NCBI RefSeq assembly: GCF_009914755.1
Contig: NC_060937.1
Length of the DNA stretch: 64,000 nt
Strand: one strand, 5' to 3'
DNA from: the human T2T-CHM13v2.0 reference genome, Homo sapiens
Both the position numbers and the translations under genes were made by a program. The notes below the pieces were generated by a model. The model saw nothing but the letters and a program-made list of their open reading frames with translations, ran no database searches and had not been told where the DNA came from. This document shows positions 22,801-37,300 of this stretch, one piece after another. Positions within the stretch are counted from its first letter, which is position 1. Every line of letters starts with the position of its first letter.

Positions 22801-25800
22801 GTTCAACTCTTTTAGTTGAGTACACACATCACAAACAAGTTTCTGAGAATGCTTCTGTCTGGCTTTTATTGGAAGACGTTTCCTTTTCACCAAAGGCATC
22901 AAAGCGCTCCAAATGTCCACTTCCAGATTCTTCCAAAAGAGTGTTTGAAACGTGCTCAAAGTAAGGGAATGTTCAACTCTGTGACTTGAATGCAGATATC
23001 ACCAAGTAGTTTCTAATAGTGCTTCTGTCTAGATTTTAGATGATGATATTCCCGTTTCCAACGAAATCGTTAGAGCTATCCAAATATCCACTTACAGTTG
23101 CTACAAAAACAGTGTTTCCAAACTGCTGCATCAAAAGAAAGGTTCAACTCTGTTAGTTGAGGACACACGTCACAAAGAAGTTTGTGAGAATGCTTCTGTC
23201 TAGATTTTGTATGACGATATTCCCTTTTCCAACGATATCGTTAAAGCAATCTAAATATCCATTTGCAGAATCCACAAAAATAGAGTTTCAAAGCTGCTCT
23301 GTAAAAAGAAAGGTTCCACTCTGTTAGCTGAGTACACACATCACAAACTTGTTTCTCAGAATCCTTCTGTCTCGTTTTTCTGGGAAGATATTTACTTTTT
23401 CACCGTAGGCATCAAAGCGCTCCAAATGTCCACATCCAGATACTCCAGAAAGAGTGTTTCAAACCTGCTCTATGAAAGGGAATCTTCAACTCTATGAGTT
23501 GAATGCAGACATCAGAAAGAAATTTCTGAGAATGCTGCTGTCTACCTTTTATTTGAATTCCCGCTTCCAACGAAATCCTCCAAGCTATCCAAATATCCAC
23601 TTGCAGATTCCACAAAAAGAGTGTTTCAAAACTGCTCTCTATCAATGGCAAAGTTCAACTCTGTTAGTTGAGGACACATATCACCAACAAGTTTCTGAGA
23701 ATGCTTCTGTCTATTTTTTATGGGAAGATATTTCCTTTTTCACCGTAGGCGTCAAGGCGATCGAAATGTCCACTTCCACAAACTACAAAAAGAGTGTTTC
23801 AAACCTGCTCTATGAAAGGCCATGTTCATCTCTATGAGTCGAATGGAAATATCCGAAAGAAATTTCTGGGAATGCTGCTGTCTAGTTTTTATACGAATTC
23901 CCGCTTCCAACGAAATCCTCAAAGCAATCCAAATATCCACTTGCAGAATCCACAAAAAGAGTGTTTCAAAACTGCTCTATCAATAGAAAGGTTCAACTCT
24001 TTTAGTTGAGTACACACATCACAAACAAGTTTCTGAGAATGCTTCTGTCTGGCTTTTATTGGAAGACGTTTCCTTTTCACCAAAGGCATCAAAGCGCTCC
24101 AAATGTCCACTTCCAGATTCTTCCAAAAGAGTGTTTGAAACGTGCTCAAAGTAAGGGAATGTTCAACTCTGTGACTTGAATGCAGATATCACCAAGTAGT
24201 TTCTAATAGTGCTTCTGTCTAGATTTTAGATGATGATATTCCCGTTTCCAACGAAATCGTTAGAGCTATCCAAATATCCACTTACAGTTTCTACAAAAAG
24301 AGTGTTTCCAAACTGCTGCATCAAAAGAAAGGTTCAACTCTGTTAGTTGAGGACACACATCACAAAGAAGTTTGTGAGAATGCTTCTGTCTAGATTTTGT
24401 ATGACCATATTCCCTTTTCCAGCGATATCATTAAAGCAATCTAAATATCCATTTGCAGAATCCACAAAAATAGAGTTTCAAAGCTGCTCTGTAAAAAGAA
24501 AGGTTCCACTCTGTTAGCTGAGTACACACATCACAAACTTGTTTCTCAGAATCCTTCTGTCTCGTTTTTCTGGGAAGATATTTACTTTTTCACCGTAGGC
24601 ATCAAAGCGCTCCAAATGTCCACATCCAGATACTCCAGAAAGAGTGTTTCAAACCTGCTCTATGAAAGGGAATCTTCAACTCTATGAGTTGAATGCAGAC
24701 ATCAGAAAGAAATTTCTGAGAATGCTGCTGTCTACCTTTTATTTGAATTCCCGCTTCCAACGAAATCCTCCAAGCTATCCAAATATCCACCTGCATTTTC
24801 CACAAAAAGAGCGTTTCAAAACTGCTCTATCAATAGAAATGTTCAACTCCTTTGGCTGGGTACACACATCACAAACAAGTTTCTGAGAATGCTTCTGTCT
24901 AGTTTTTATGGGAAGACATTCCCTTTTTCACCAAAGGCATCAAAGCGCTCCAAATGTCCACTTCCAGACACTACAAAAAGAGTGTTTCCAACGTGCTCTA
25001 AGAAAGCGAATGTTCAACTCTGTGACTTGAATGCAGATATCACAAAGTAGTTTCTGAGAGGGCTTCTGTCTAGATTTTAGATGATGATATTCCCGTTTCC
25101 AACGAAATCATTAGAGCTATCCAAATATCCACTTACAGTTTCTACAAAAAGAGTGTTTCCAAACTGCTGCATCAAAAGAGAGGTTCCACTCTGTTAGCTG
25201 AGTACACACATCACAAACTTGTTTCTCAGAATCCTTCTGTCTCGTTTTTCTGGGAAGATATTTACTTTTTCACCGTAGGCATCAAAGCGCTCCAAATGTC
25301 CACATCCAGATACTCCAGAAAGAGTGTTTCAAACCTGCTCTATGAAAGGGAATCTTCAACTCTATGAGTTGAATGCAGACATCAGAAAGAAATTTCTGAG
25401 AATGCTGCTGTCTACCTTTTATTTGAATTCCCGCTTCCAACGAAATCCTCCAAGCTATCCAAATATCCACTTGCAGATTCCACAAAAAGAGTGTTTCAAA
25501 ACTGCTCTCTATCAATGGCAAAGTTCAACTCTGTTAGTTGAGGACACATATCACCAACAAGTTTCTGAGAATGCTTCTGTCTATTTTTTATGGGAAGATA
25601 TTTCCTTTTTCACCGTAGGCGTCAAGGCGATCGAAATGTCCACTTCCACAAACTACAAAAAGAGTGTTTCAAACCTGCTCTATGAAAGGCCATGTTCATC
25701 TCTATGAGTCGAATGGAAATATCCGAAAGAAATTTCTGGGAATGCTGCTGTCTAGTTTTTATACGAATTCCCGCTTCCAACGAAATCCTCAAAGCAATCC

Positions 25801-28800
25801 AAATATCCACTTGCAGAATCCACAAAAAGAGTGTTTCAAAACTGCTCTATCAATAGAAAGGTTCAACTCTTTTAGTTGAGTACACACATCACAAACAAGT
25901 TTCTGAGAATGCTTCTGTCTGGCTTTTATTGGAAGATGTTTCCTTTTCACCAAAGGCATCAAAGCGCTCCAAATGTCCACTTCCAGATTCTTCCAAAAGA
26001 GTGTTTGAAACGTGCTCAAAGTAAGGGAATGTTCAACTCTGTGACTTGAATGCAGATATCACCAAGTAGTTTCTAATAGTGCTTCTGTCTAGATTTTAGA
26101 TGATGATATTCCCGTTTCCAACGAAATCGTTAGAGCTATCCAAATATCCACTTACAGTTGCTACAAAAACAGTGTTTCCAAACTGCTGCATCAAAAGAAA
26201 GGTTCAACTCTGTTAGTTGAGGACACACGTCACAAAGAAGTTTGTGAGAATGCTTCTGTCTAGATTTTGTATGACGATATTCCCTTTTCCAACGATATCA
26301 TTAAAGCAATCTAAATATCCATTTGCAGAATCCACAAAAATAGAGTTTCAAAGCTGCTCTGTAAAAAGAAAGGTTCCACTCTGTTAGCTGAGTACACACA
26401 TCACAAACTTGTTTCTCAGAATCCTTCTGTCTCGTTTTTATGGGAAGATATTTACTTTTTCACCGTAGGCATCAAAGCGCTCCAAATGTCCACATCCAGA
26501 TACTCCAGAAAGAGTGTTTCAAACCTGCTCTATGAAAGGGAATCTTCAACTCTATGAGTTGAATGCAGACATCAGAAAGAAATTTCTGAGAATGCTGCTG
26601 TCTACCTTTTATTTGAATTCCCGCTTCCAACGAAATCCTCCAAGCTATCCAAATATCCACTTGCAGATTCGACAAAAAGAGTGTTTCAAAACTGCTCTCT
26701 ATCAATGGCAAAGTTCAACTCTGTTAGTTGAGGACACATATCACCAACAAGTTTCTGAGAATGCTTCTGTCTATTTTTTATGGGAAGATATTTCCTTTTT
26801 CACCGTAGGCGTCAAGGCGATCGAAATGTCCACTTCCACAAACTACAAAAAGAGTGTTTCAAACCTGCTCTATGAAAGGCCATGTTCATCTCTATGAGTC
26901 GAATGGAAATATCCGAAAGAAATTTCTGGGAATGCTGCTGTCTAGTTTTTATACGAATTCCCGCTTCCAACGAAATCCTCAAAGCAATCCAAATATCCAC
27001 TTGCAGAATCCACAAAAAGAGTGTTTCAAAACTGCTCTATCAATAGAAAGGTTCAACTCTTTTAGTTGAGTACACACATCACAAACAAGTTTCTGAGAAT
27101 GCTTCTGTCTGGCTTTTATTGGAAGACGTTTCCTTTTCACCAAAGGCATCAAAGCGCTCCAAATGTCCACTTCCAGATTCTTCCAAAAGAGTGTTTGAAA
27201 CGTGCTCAAAGTAAGGGAATGTTCAACTCTGTGACTTGAATGCAGATATCACCAAGTAGTTTCTAATAGTGCTTCTGTCTAGATTTTAGATGATGATATT
27301 CCCGTTTCCAACGAAATCGTTAGAGCTATCCAAATATCCACTTACAGTTGCTACAAAAACAGTGTTTCCAAACTGCTGCATCAAAAGAAAGGTTCAACTC
27401 TGTTAGTTGAGGACACACGTCACAAAGAAGTTTGTGAGAATGCTTCTGTCTAGATTTTGTATGACGATATTCCCTTTTCCAACGATATCGTTAAAGCAAT
27501 CTAAATATCCATTTGCAGAATCCACAAAAATAGAGTTTCAAAGCTGCTCTGTAAAAAGAAAGGTTCCACTCTGTTAGCTGAGTACACACATCACAAACTT
27601 GTTTCTCAGAATCCTTCTGTCTCGTTTTTCTGGGAAGATATTTACTTTTTCACCGTAGGCATCAAAGCGCTCCAAATGTCCACATCCAGATACTCCAGAA
27701 AGAGTGTTTCAAACCTGCTCTATGAAAGGGAATCTTCAACTCTATGAGTTGAATGCAGACATCAGAAAGAAATTTCTGAGAATGCTGCTGTCTACCTTTT
27801 ATTTGAATTCCCGCTTCCAACGAAATCCTCCAAGCTATCCAAATATCCACTTGCAGATTCCACAAAAAGAGTGTTTCAAAACTGCTCTCTATCAATGGCA
27901 AAGTTCAACTCTGTTAGTTGAGGACACATATCACCAACAAGTTTCTGAGAATGCTTCTGTCTATTTTTTATGGGAAGATATTTCCTTTTTCACCGTAGGC
28001 GTCAAGGCGATCGAAATGTCCACTTCCACAAACTACAAAAAGAGTGTTTCAAACCTGCTCTATGAAAGGCCATGTTCATCTCTATGAGTCGAATGGAAAT
28101 ATCCGAAAGAAATTTCTGGGAATGCTGCTGTCTAGTTTTTATACGAATTCCCGCTTCCAACGAAATCCTCAAAGCAATCCAAATATCCACTTGCAGAATC
28201 CACAAAAAGAGTGTTTCAAAACTGCTCTATCAATAGAAAGGTTCAACTCTTTTAGTTGAGTACACACATCACAAACAAGTTTCTGAGAATGCTTCTGTCT
28301 GGCTTTTATTGGAAGACGTTTCCTTTTCACCAAAGGCATCAAAGCGCTCCAAATGTCCACTTCCAGATTCTTCCAAAAGAGTGTTTGAAACGTGCTCAAA
28401 GTAAGGGAATGTTCAACTCTGTGACTTGAATGCAGATATCACCAAGTAGTTTCTAATAGTGCTTCTGTCTAGATTTTAGATGATGATATTCCCGTTTCCA
28501 ACGAAATCGTTAGAGCTATCCAAATATCCACTTACAGTTGCTACAAAAACAGTGTTTCCAAACTGCTGCATCAAAAGAAAGGTTCAACTCTGTTAGTTGA
28601 GGACACACGTCACAAAGAAGTTTGTGAGAATGCTTCTGTCTAGATTTTGTATGACGATATTCCCTTTTCCAACGATATCGTTAAAGGAATCTAAATATCC
28701 ATTTGCAGAATCCACAAAAATAGAGTTTCAAAGCTGCTCTGTAAAAAGAAAGGTTCCACTCTGTTAGCTGAGTACACACATCACAAACTTGTTTCTCAGA

Positions 28801-31800
28801 ATCCTTCTGTCTCGTTTTTCTGGGAAGATATTTACTTTTTCACCGTAGGCATCAAAGCGCTCCAAATGTCCACATCCAGATACTCCAGAAAGAGTGTTTC
28901 AAACCTGCTCTATGAAAGGGAATCTTCAACTCTATGAGTTGAATGCAGACATCAGAAAGAAATTTCTGAGAATGCTGCTGTCTACCTTTTATTTGAATTC
29001 CCGCTTCCAACGAAATCCTCCAAGCTATCCAAATATCCACTTGCAGATTCCACAAAAAGAGTGTTTCAAAACTGCTCTCTATCAATGGCAAAGTTCAACT
29101 CTGTTAGTTGAGGACACATATCACCAACAAGTTTCTGAGAATGCTTCTGTCTATTTTTTATGGGAAGATATTTCCTTTTTCACCGTAGGCGTCAAGGCGA
29201 TCGAAATGTCCACTTCCACAAACTACAAAAAGAGTGTTTCAAACCTGCTCTATGAAAGGCCATGTTCATCTCTATGAGTCGAATGGAAATATCCGAAAGA
29301 AATTTCTGGGAATGCTGCTGTCTAGTTTTTATACGAATTCCCGCTTCCAACGAAATCCTCAAAGCAATCCAAATATCCACTTGCAGAATCCACAAAAAGA
29401 GTGTTACAAAACTGCTCTATCAATAGAAAGGTTCAACTCTTTTAGTTGAGTACACACATCACAAACAAGTTTCTGAGAATGCTTCTGTCTGGCTTTTATT
29501 GGAAGACGTTTCCTTTTCACCAAAGGCATCAAAGCGCTCCAAATGTCCACTTCCAGATTCTTCCAAAAGAGTGTTTGAAACGTGCTCAAAGTAAGGGAAT
29601 GTTCAACTCTGTGACTTGAATGCAGATATCACCAAGTAGTTTCTAATAGTGCTTCTGTCTAGATTTTAGATGATGATATTCCCGTTTCCAACGAAATCGT
29701 TAGAGCTATCCAAATATCCACTTACAGTTTCTACAAAAAGAGTGTTTCCAAACTGCTGCATCAAAAGAAAGGTTCAACTCTGTTAGTTGAGGACACACAT
29801 CACAAAGAAGTTTGTGAGAATGCTTCTGTCTAGATTTTGTATGACCATATTCCCTTTTCCAGCGATATCATTAAAGCAATCTAAATATCCATTTGCAGAA
29901 TCCACAAAAATAGAGTTTCAAAGCTGCTCTGTAAAAAGAAAGGTTCCACTCTGTTAGCTGAGTACACACATCACAAACTTGTTTCTCAGAATCCTTCTGT
30001 CTCGTTTTTCTGGGAAGATATTTACTTTTTCACCGTAGGCATCAAAGCGCTCCAAATGTACACATCCAGATACTCCAGAAAGAGTGTTTCAAACCTGCTC
30101 TATGAAAGGGAATCTTCAACTCTATGAGTTGAATGCAGACATCAGAAAGAAATTTCTGAGAATGCTGCTGTCTACCTTTTATTTGAATTCCCGCTTCCAA
30201 CGAAATCCTCCAAGCTATCCAAATATCCACCTGCATTTTCCACAAAAAGAGCGTTTCAAAACTGCTCTATCAATAGAAATGTTCAACTCCTTTGGCTGGG
30301 TACACACATCACAAACAAGTTTCTGAGAATGCTTCTGTCTAGTTTTTATGGGAAGACATTCCCTTTTTCACCAAAGGCATCAAAGCGCTCCAAATGTCCA
30401 CTTCCAGACACTACAAAAAGAGTGTTTCCAACGTGCTCTAAGAAAGCGAATGTTCAACTCTGTGACTTGAATGCAGATATCACAAAGTAGTTTCTGAGAG
30501 GGCTTCTGTCTAGATTTTAGATGATGATATTCCCGTTTCCAACGAAATCATTAGAGCTATCCAAATATCCACTTACAGTTTCTACAAAAAGAGTGTTTCC
30601 AAACTGCTGCATCAAAAGAGAGGTTCCACTCTGTTAGCTGAGTACACACATCACAAACTTGTTTCTCAGAATCCTTCTGTCTCGTTTTTCTGGGAAGATA
30701 TTTACTTTTTCACCGTAGGCATCAAAGCGCTCCAAATGTCCACATCCAGATACTCCAGAAAGAGTGTTTCAAACCTGCTCTATGAAAGGGAATCTTCAAC
30801 TCTATGAGTTGAATGCAGACATCAGAAAGAAATTTCTGAGAATGCTGCTGTCTACCTTTTATTTGAATTCCTGCTTCCAACGAAATCCTCCAAGCTATCC
30901 AAATATCCACTTGCAGATTCCACAAAAAGAGTGTTTCAAAACTGCTCTCTATCAATGGCAAAGTTCAACTCTGTTAGTTGAGGACACATATCACCAACAA
31001 GTTTCTGAGAATGCTTCTGTCTATTTTTTATGGGAAGATATTTCCTTTTTCACCGTAGGCGTCAAGGCGATCGAAATGTCCACTTCCACAAACTACAAAA
31101 AGAGTGTTTCAAACCTGCTCTATGAAAGGCCATGTTCATCTCTATGAGTCGAATGGAAATATCCGAAAGAAATTTCTGGGAATGCTGCTGTCTAGTTTTT
31201 ATACGAATTCCCGCTTCCAACGAAATCCTCAAAGCAATCCAAATATCCACTTGCAGAATCCACAAAAAGAGTGTTTCAAAACTGCTCTATCAATAGAAAG
31301 GTTCAACTCTTTTAGTTGAGTACACACATCACAAACAAGTTTCTGAGAATGCTTCTGTCTGGCTTTTATTGGAAGACGTTTCCTTTTCACCAAAGGCATC
31401 AAAGCGCTCCAAATGTCCACTTCCAGATTCTTCCAAAAGAGTGTTTGAAACGTGCTCAAAGTAAGGGAATGTTCAACTCTGTGACTTGAATGCAGATATC
31501 ACCAAGTAGTTTCTAATAGTGCTTCTGTCTAGATTTTAGATGATGATATTCCCGTTTCCAACGAAATCGTTAGAGCTATCCAAATATCCACTTACAGTTG
31601 CTACAAAAACAGTGTTTCCAAACTGCTGCATCAAAAGAAAGGTTCAACTCTGTTAGTTGAGGACACACGTCACAAAGAAGTTTGTGAGAATGCTTCTGTC
31701 TAGATTTTGTATGACGATATTCCCTTTTCCAACGATATCATTAAAGCAATCTAAATATCCATTTGCAGAATCCACAAAAATAGAGTTTCAAAGCTGCTCT

Positions 31801-34333
31801 GTAAAAAGAAAGGTTCCACTCTGTTAGCTGAGTACACACATCACAAACTTGTTTCTCAGAATCCTTCTGTCTCGTTTTTATGGGAAGATATTTACTTTTT
31901 CACCGTAGGCATCAAAGCGCTCCAAATGTCCACATCCAGATACTCCAGAAAGAGTGTTTCAAACCTGCTCTATGAAAGGGAATCTTCAACTCTATGAGTT
32001 GAATGCAGACATCAGAAAGAAATTTCTGAGAATGCTGCTGTCTACCTTTTATTTGAATTCCCGCTTCCAACGAAATCCTCCAAGCTATCCAAATATCCAC
32101 TTGCAGATTCCACAAAAAGAGTGTTTCAAAACTGCTCTCTATCAATGGCAAAGTTCAACTCTGTTAGTTGAGGACACATATCACCAACAAGTTTCTGAGA
32201 ATGCTTCTGTCTATTTTTTATGGGAAGATATTTCCTTTTTCACCGTAGGCGTCAAGGCGATCGAAATGTCCACTTCCACAAACTACAAAAAGAGTGTTTC
32301 AAACCTGCTCTATGAAAGGCCATGTTCATCTCTATGAGTCGAATGGAAATATCCGAAAGAAATTTCTGGGAATGCTGCTGTCTAGTTTTTATACGAATTC
32401 CCGCTTCCAACGAAATCCTCAAAGCAATCCAAATATCCACTTGCAGAATCCACAAAAAGAGTGTTTCAAAACTGCTCTATCAATAGAAAGGTTCAACTCT
32501 TTTAGTTGAGTACACACATCACAAACAAGTTTCTGAGAATGCTTCTGTCTGGCTTTTATTGGAAGACGTTTCCTTTTCACCAAAGGCATCAAAGCGCTCC
32601 AAATGTCCACTTCCAGATTCTTCCAAAAGAGTGTTTGAAACGTGCTCAAAGTAAGGGAATGTTCAACTCTGTGACTTGAATGCAGATATCACCAAGTAGT
32701 TTCTAATAGTGCTTCTGTCTAGATTTTAGATGATGATATTCCCGTTTCCAACGAAATCGTTAGAGCTATCCAAATATCCACTTACAGTTGCTACAAAAAC
32801 AGTGTTTCCAAACTGCTGCATCAAAAGAAAGGTTCAACTCTGTTAGTTGAGGACACACGTCACAAAGAAGTTTGTGAGAATGCTTCTGTCTAGATTTTGT
32901 ATGACGATATTCCCTTTTCCAACGATATCGTTAAAGCAATCTAAATATCCATTTGCAGAATCCACAAAAATAGAGTTTCAAAGCTGCTCTGTAAAAAGAA
33001 AGGTTCCACTCTGTTAGCTGAGTACACACATCACAAACTTGTTTCTCAGAATCCTTCTGTCTCGTTTTTTTGGGAAGATATTTACTTTTTCACCGTAGGC
33101 ATCAAAGCGCTCCAAATGTCCACATCCAGATACTCCAGAAAGAGTGTTTCAAACCTGCTCTATGAAAGGGAATCTTCAACTCTATGAGTTGAATGCAGAC
33201 ATCAGAAAGAAATTTCTGAGAATGCTGCTGTCTACCTTTTATTTGAATTCCCGCTTCCAACGAAATCCTCCAAGCTATCCAAATATCCACTTGCAGATTC
33301 CACAAAAAGAGTGTTTCAAAACTGCTCTCTATCAATGGCAAAGTTCAACTCTGTTAGTTGAGGACACATATCACCAACAAGTTTCTGAGAATGCTTCTGT
33401 CTATTTTTTATGGGAAGATATTTCCTTTTTCACCGTAGGCGTCAAGGCGATCGAAATGTCCACTTCCACAAACTACAAAAAGAGTGTTTCAAACCTGCTC
33501 TATGAAAGGCCATGTTCATCTCTATGAGTCGAATGGAAATATCCGAAAGAAATTTCTGGGAATGCTGCTGTCTAGTTTTTATACGAATTCCCGCTTCCAA
33601 CGAAATCCTCAAAGCAATCCAAATATCCACTTGCAGAATCCACAAAAAGAGTGTTTCAAAACTGCTCTATCAATAGAAAGGTTCAACTCTTTTAGTTGAG
33701 TACACACATCACAAACAAGTTTCTGAGAATGCTTCTGTCTGGCTTTTATTGGAAGACGTTTCCTTTTCACCAAAGGCATCAAAGCGCTCCAAATGTCCAC
33801 TTCCAGATTCTTCCAAAAGAGTGTTTGAAACGTGCTCAAAGTAAGGGAATGTTCAACTCTGTGACTTGAATGCAGATATCACCAAGTAGTTTCTAATAGT
33901 GCTTCTGTCTAGATTTTAGATGATGATATTCCCGTTTCCAACGAAATCGTTAGAGCTATCCAAATATCCACTTACAGTTGCTACAAAAAGAGTGTTTCCA
34001 AACTGCTGCATCAAAAGAAAGGTTCAACTCTGTTAGTTGAGGACACACATCACAAAGAAGTTTGTGAGAATGCTTCTGTCTAGATTTTGTATGACCATAT
34101 TCCCTTTTCCAGCGATATCATTAAAGCAATCTAAATATCCATTTGCAGAATCCACAAAAATAGAGTTTCAAAGCTGCTCTGTAAAAAGAAAGGTTCCACT
34201 CTGTTAGCTGAGTACACACATCACAAACTTGTTTCTCAGAATCCTTCTGTCTCGTTTTTATGGGAAGATATTTACTTTTTCACCGTAGGCATCAAAGCGC
34301 TCCAAATGTCCACATCCAGATACTCCAGAAAGA
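18014..34333 (-). repeat. Mixed domain: A1+5B, A1+4B, A1+3B
   Basis: A starts at 18014, 24644, 30084 and 34334 (intervals 6630, 5440, 4250), with B copies at 1190 bp spacing in between. Confidence 0.93.
30869..30885 (-). other. Mutated CENP-B box (CpG to TpG at 30872)
   Basis: TCCTGCTTCCAACGAAA instead of TCCCGCTTCCAACGAAA; R to C change in the pseudo-ORF at 30764. Confidence 0.9.
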
Positions 34334-37300
34334 GTGTTTCAAACCTGCTCTATGAAAGGGAATCTTCAACTCTATGAGTTGAATGCAGACATCAGAAAGA
34401 AATTTCTGAGAATGCTGCTGTCTACCTTTTATTTGAATTCCCGCTTCCAACGAAATCCTCCAAGCTATCCATATATCCACTTGCATTTTCCACAAAAAGA
34501 GTGCTTCAAAACTGCTCTATCAATAAATGTTCAACTCCTTTAGCTGGGTGCACACATCACAAACAAGTTTCTGAGAATGCTTCTGTCTAGTTTTTATGGG
34601 AAGACATTCCCTTTTTCACCAAAGGCATCAAAGCGCTCCAAATGTCCACTTCCAGACACTACAAAAAGAGTGTTTCCAACGTGCTCTAAGAAAGCGAATG
34701 TTCAACTCTGTGACTTGAATGCAGATATCACAAAGTAGTTTCTGAGAGGGCTTCTGTCTAGATTTTAGATGATGATATTCCCGTTTCCAACGAAATCATT
34801 AGAGCTATCCAAATATCCACTTACAGTTTCTACAAAAAGAGTGTTTCCAAACTGCTGCATCAAAAGAGAGGTTCCACTCTGTTAGCTGAGTACACACATC
34901 ACAAACTTGTTTCTGAGAATCCTTCTGTGTCGTTTTTATGGGAAGATATTTACTTTTTCACCGTAGGCATCAAAGCGCTCCAAATGTCCACATCCAGATA
35001 CTCCAGAAAGAGTGTTTCAAACCTGCTCTATGAAAGGGAATCTTCAACTCTATGAGTTGAATGCAGACATCAGAAAGAAATTTCTGAGAATGCTGCTGTC
35101 TACCTTTTATTTGAATTCCCGCTTCCAACGAAATCCTCCAAGCTATCCAAATATCCACTTGCAGATTCCACAAAAAGAGTGTTTCAAAACTGCTCTCTAT
35201 CAATGGCAAAGTTCAACTCTGTTAGTTGAGGACACATATCACCAACAAGTTTCTGAGAATGCTTCTGTCTATTTTTTATGGGAAGATATTTCCTTTTTCA
35301 CCGTAGGCGTCAAGGCGATCGAAATGTCCACTTCCACAAACTACAAAAAGAGTGTTTCAAACCTGCTCTATGAAAGGCCATGTTCATCTCTATGAGTCGA
35401 ATGGAAATATCCGAAAGAAATTTCTGGGAATGCTGCTGTCTAGTTTTTATACGAATTCCCGCTTCCAACGAAATCCTCAAAGCAATCCAAATATCCACTT
35501 GCAGAATCCACAAAAAGAGTGTTTCAAAACTGCTCTATCAATAGAAAGGTTCAACTCTTTTAGTTGAGTACACACATCACAAACAAGTTTCTGAGAATGC
35601 TTCTGTCTGGCTTTTATTGGAAGACGTTTCCTTTTCACCAAAGGCATCAAAGCGCTCCAAATGTCCACTTCCAGATTCTTCTAAAAGAGTGTTTGAAACG
35701 TGCTCAAAGTAAGGGAATGTTCAACTCTGTGACTTGAATGCAGATATCACCAAGTAGTTTCTAATAGTGCTTCTGTCTAGATTTTAGATGATGATATTCC
35801 CGTTTCCAACGAAATCGTTAGAGCTATCCAAATATCCACTTACAGTTTCTACAAAAAGAGTGTTTCCAAACTGCTGCATCAAAAGAAAGGTTCAACTCTG
35901 TTAGTTGAGGACACACATCACAAAGAAGTTTGTGAGAATGCTTCTGTCTAGATTTTGTATGACCATATTCCCTTTTCCAGCGATATCATTAAAGCAATCT
36001 AAATATCCATTTGCAGAATCCACAAAAATAGAGTTTCAAAGCTGCTCTGTAAAAAGAAAGGTTCCACTCTGTTAGCTGAGTACACACATCACAAACTTGT
36101 TTCTCAGAATCCTTCTGTCTCGTTTTTCTGGGAAGATATTTACTTTTTCACCGTAGGCATCAAAGCGCTCCAAATGTCCACATCCAGATACTCCAGAAAG
36201 AGTGTTTCAAACCTGCTCTATGAAAGGGAATCTTCAACTCTATGAGTTGAATGCAGACATCAGAAAGAAATTTCTGAGAATGCTGCTGTCTACCTTTTAT
36301 TTGAATTCCCGCTTCCAACGAAATCCTCCAAGCTATCCAAATATCCACCTGCATTTTCCACAAAAAGAGCGTTTCAAAACTGCTCTATCAATAGAAATGT
36401 TCAACTCCTTTGGCTGGGTACACACATCACAAACAAGTTTCTGAGAATGCTTCTGTCTAGTTTTTATGGGAAGACATTCCCTTTTTCACCAAAGGCATCA
36501 AAGCGCTCCAAATGTCCACTTCCAGACACTACAAAAAGAGTGTTTCCAACGTGCTCTAAGAAAGCGAATGTTCAACTCTGTGACTTGAATGCAGATATCA
36601 CAAAGTAGTTTCTGAGAGGGCTTCTGTCTAGATTTTAGATGATGATATTCCCGTTTCCAACGAAATCATTAGAGCTATCCAAATATCCACTTACAGTTTC
36701 TACAAAAAGAGTGTTTCCAAACTGCTGCATCAAAAGAGAGGTTCCACTCTGTTAGCTGAGTACACACATCACAAACTTGTTTCTCAGAATCCTTCTGTCT
36801 CGTTTTTCTGGGAAGATATTTACTTTTTCACCGTAGGCATCAAAGCGCTCCAAATGTCCACATCCAGATACTCCAGAAAGAGTGTTTCAAACCTGCTCTA
36901 TGAAAGGGAATCTTCAACTCTATGAGTTGAATGCAGACATCAGAAAGAAATTTCTGAGAATGCTGCTGTCTACCTTTTATTTGAATTCCCGCTTCCAACG
37001 AAATCCTCCAAGCTATCCAAATATCCACTTGCAGATTCCACAAAAAGAGTGTTTCAAAACTGCTCTCTATCAATGGCAAAGTTCAACTCTGTTAGTTGAG
37101 GACACATATCACCAACAAGTTTCTGAGAATGCTTCTGTCTATTTTTTATGGGAAGATATTTCCTTTTTCACCGTAGGCGTCAAGGCGATCGAAATGTCCA
37201 CTTCCACAAACTACAAAAAGAGTGTTTCAAACCTGCTCTATGAAAGGCCATGTTCATCTCTATGAGTCGAATGGAAATATCCGAAAGAAATTTCTGGGAA

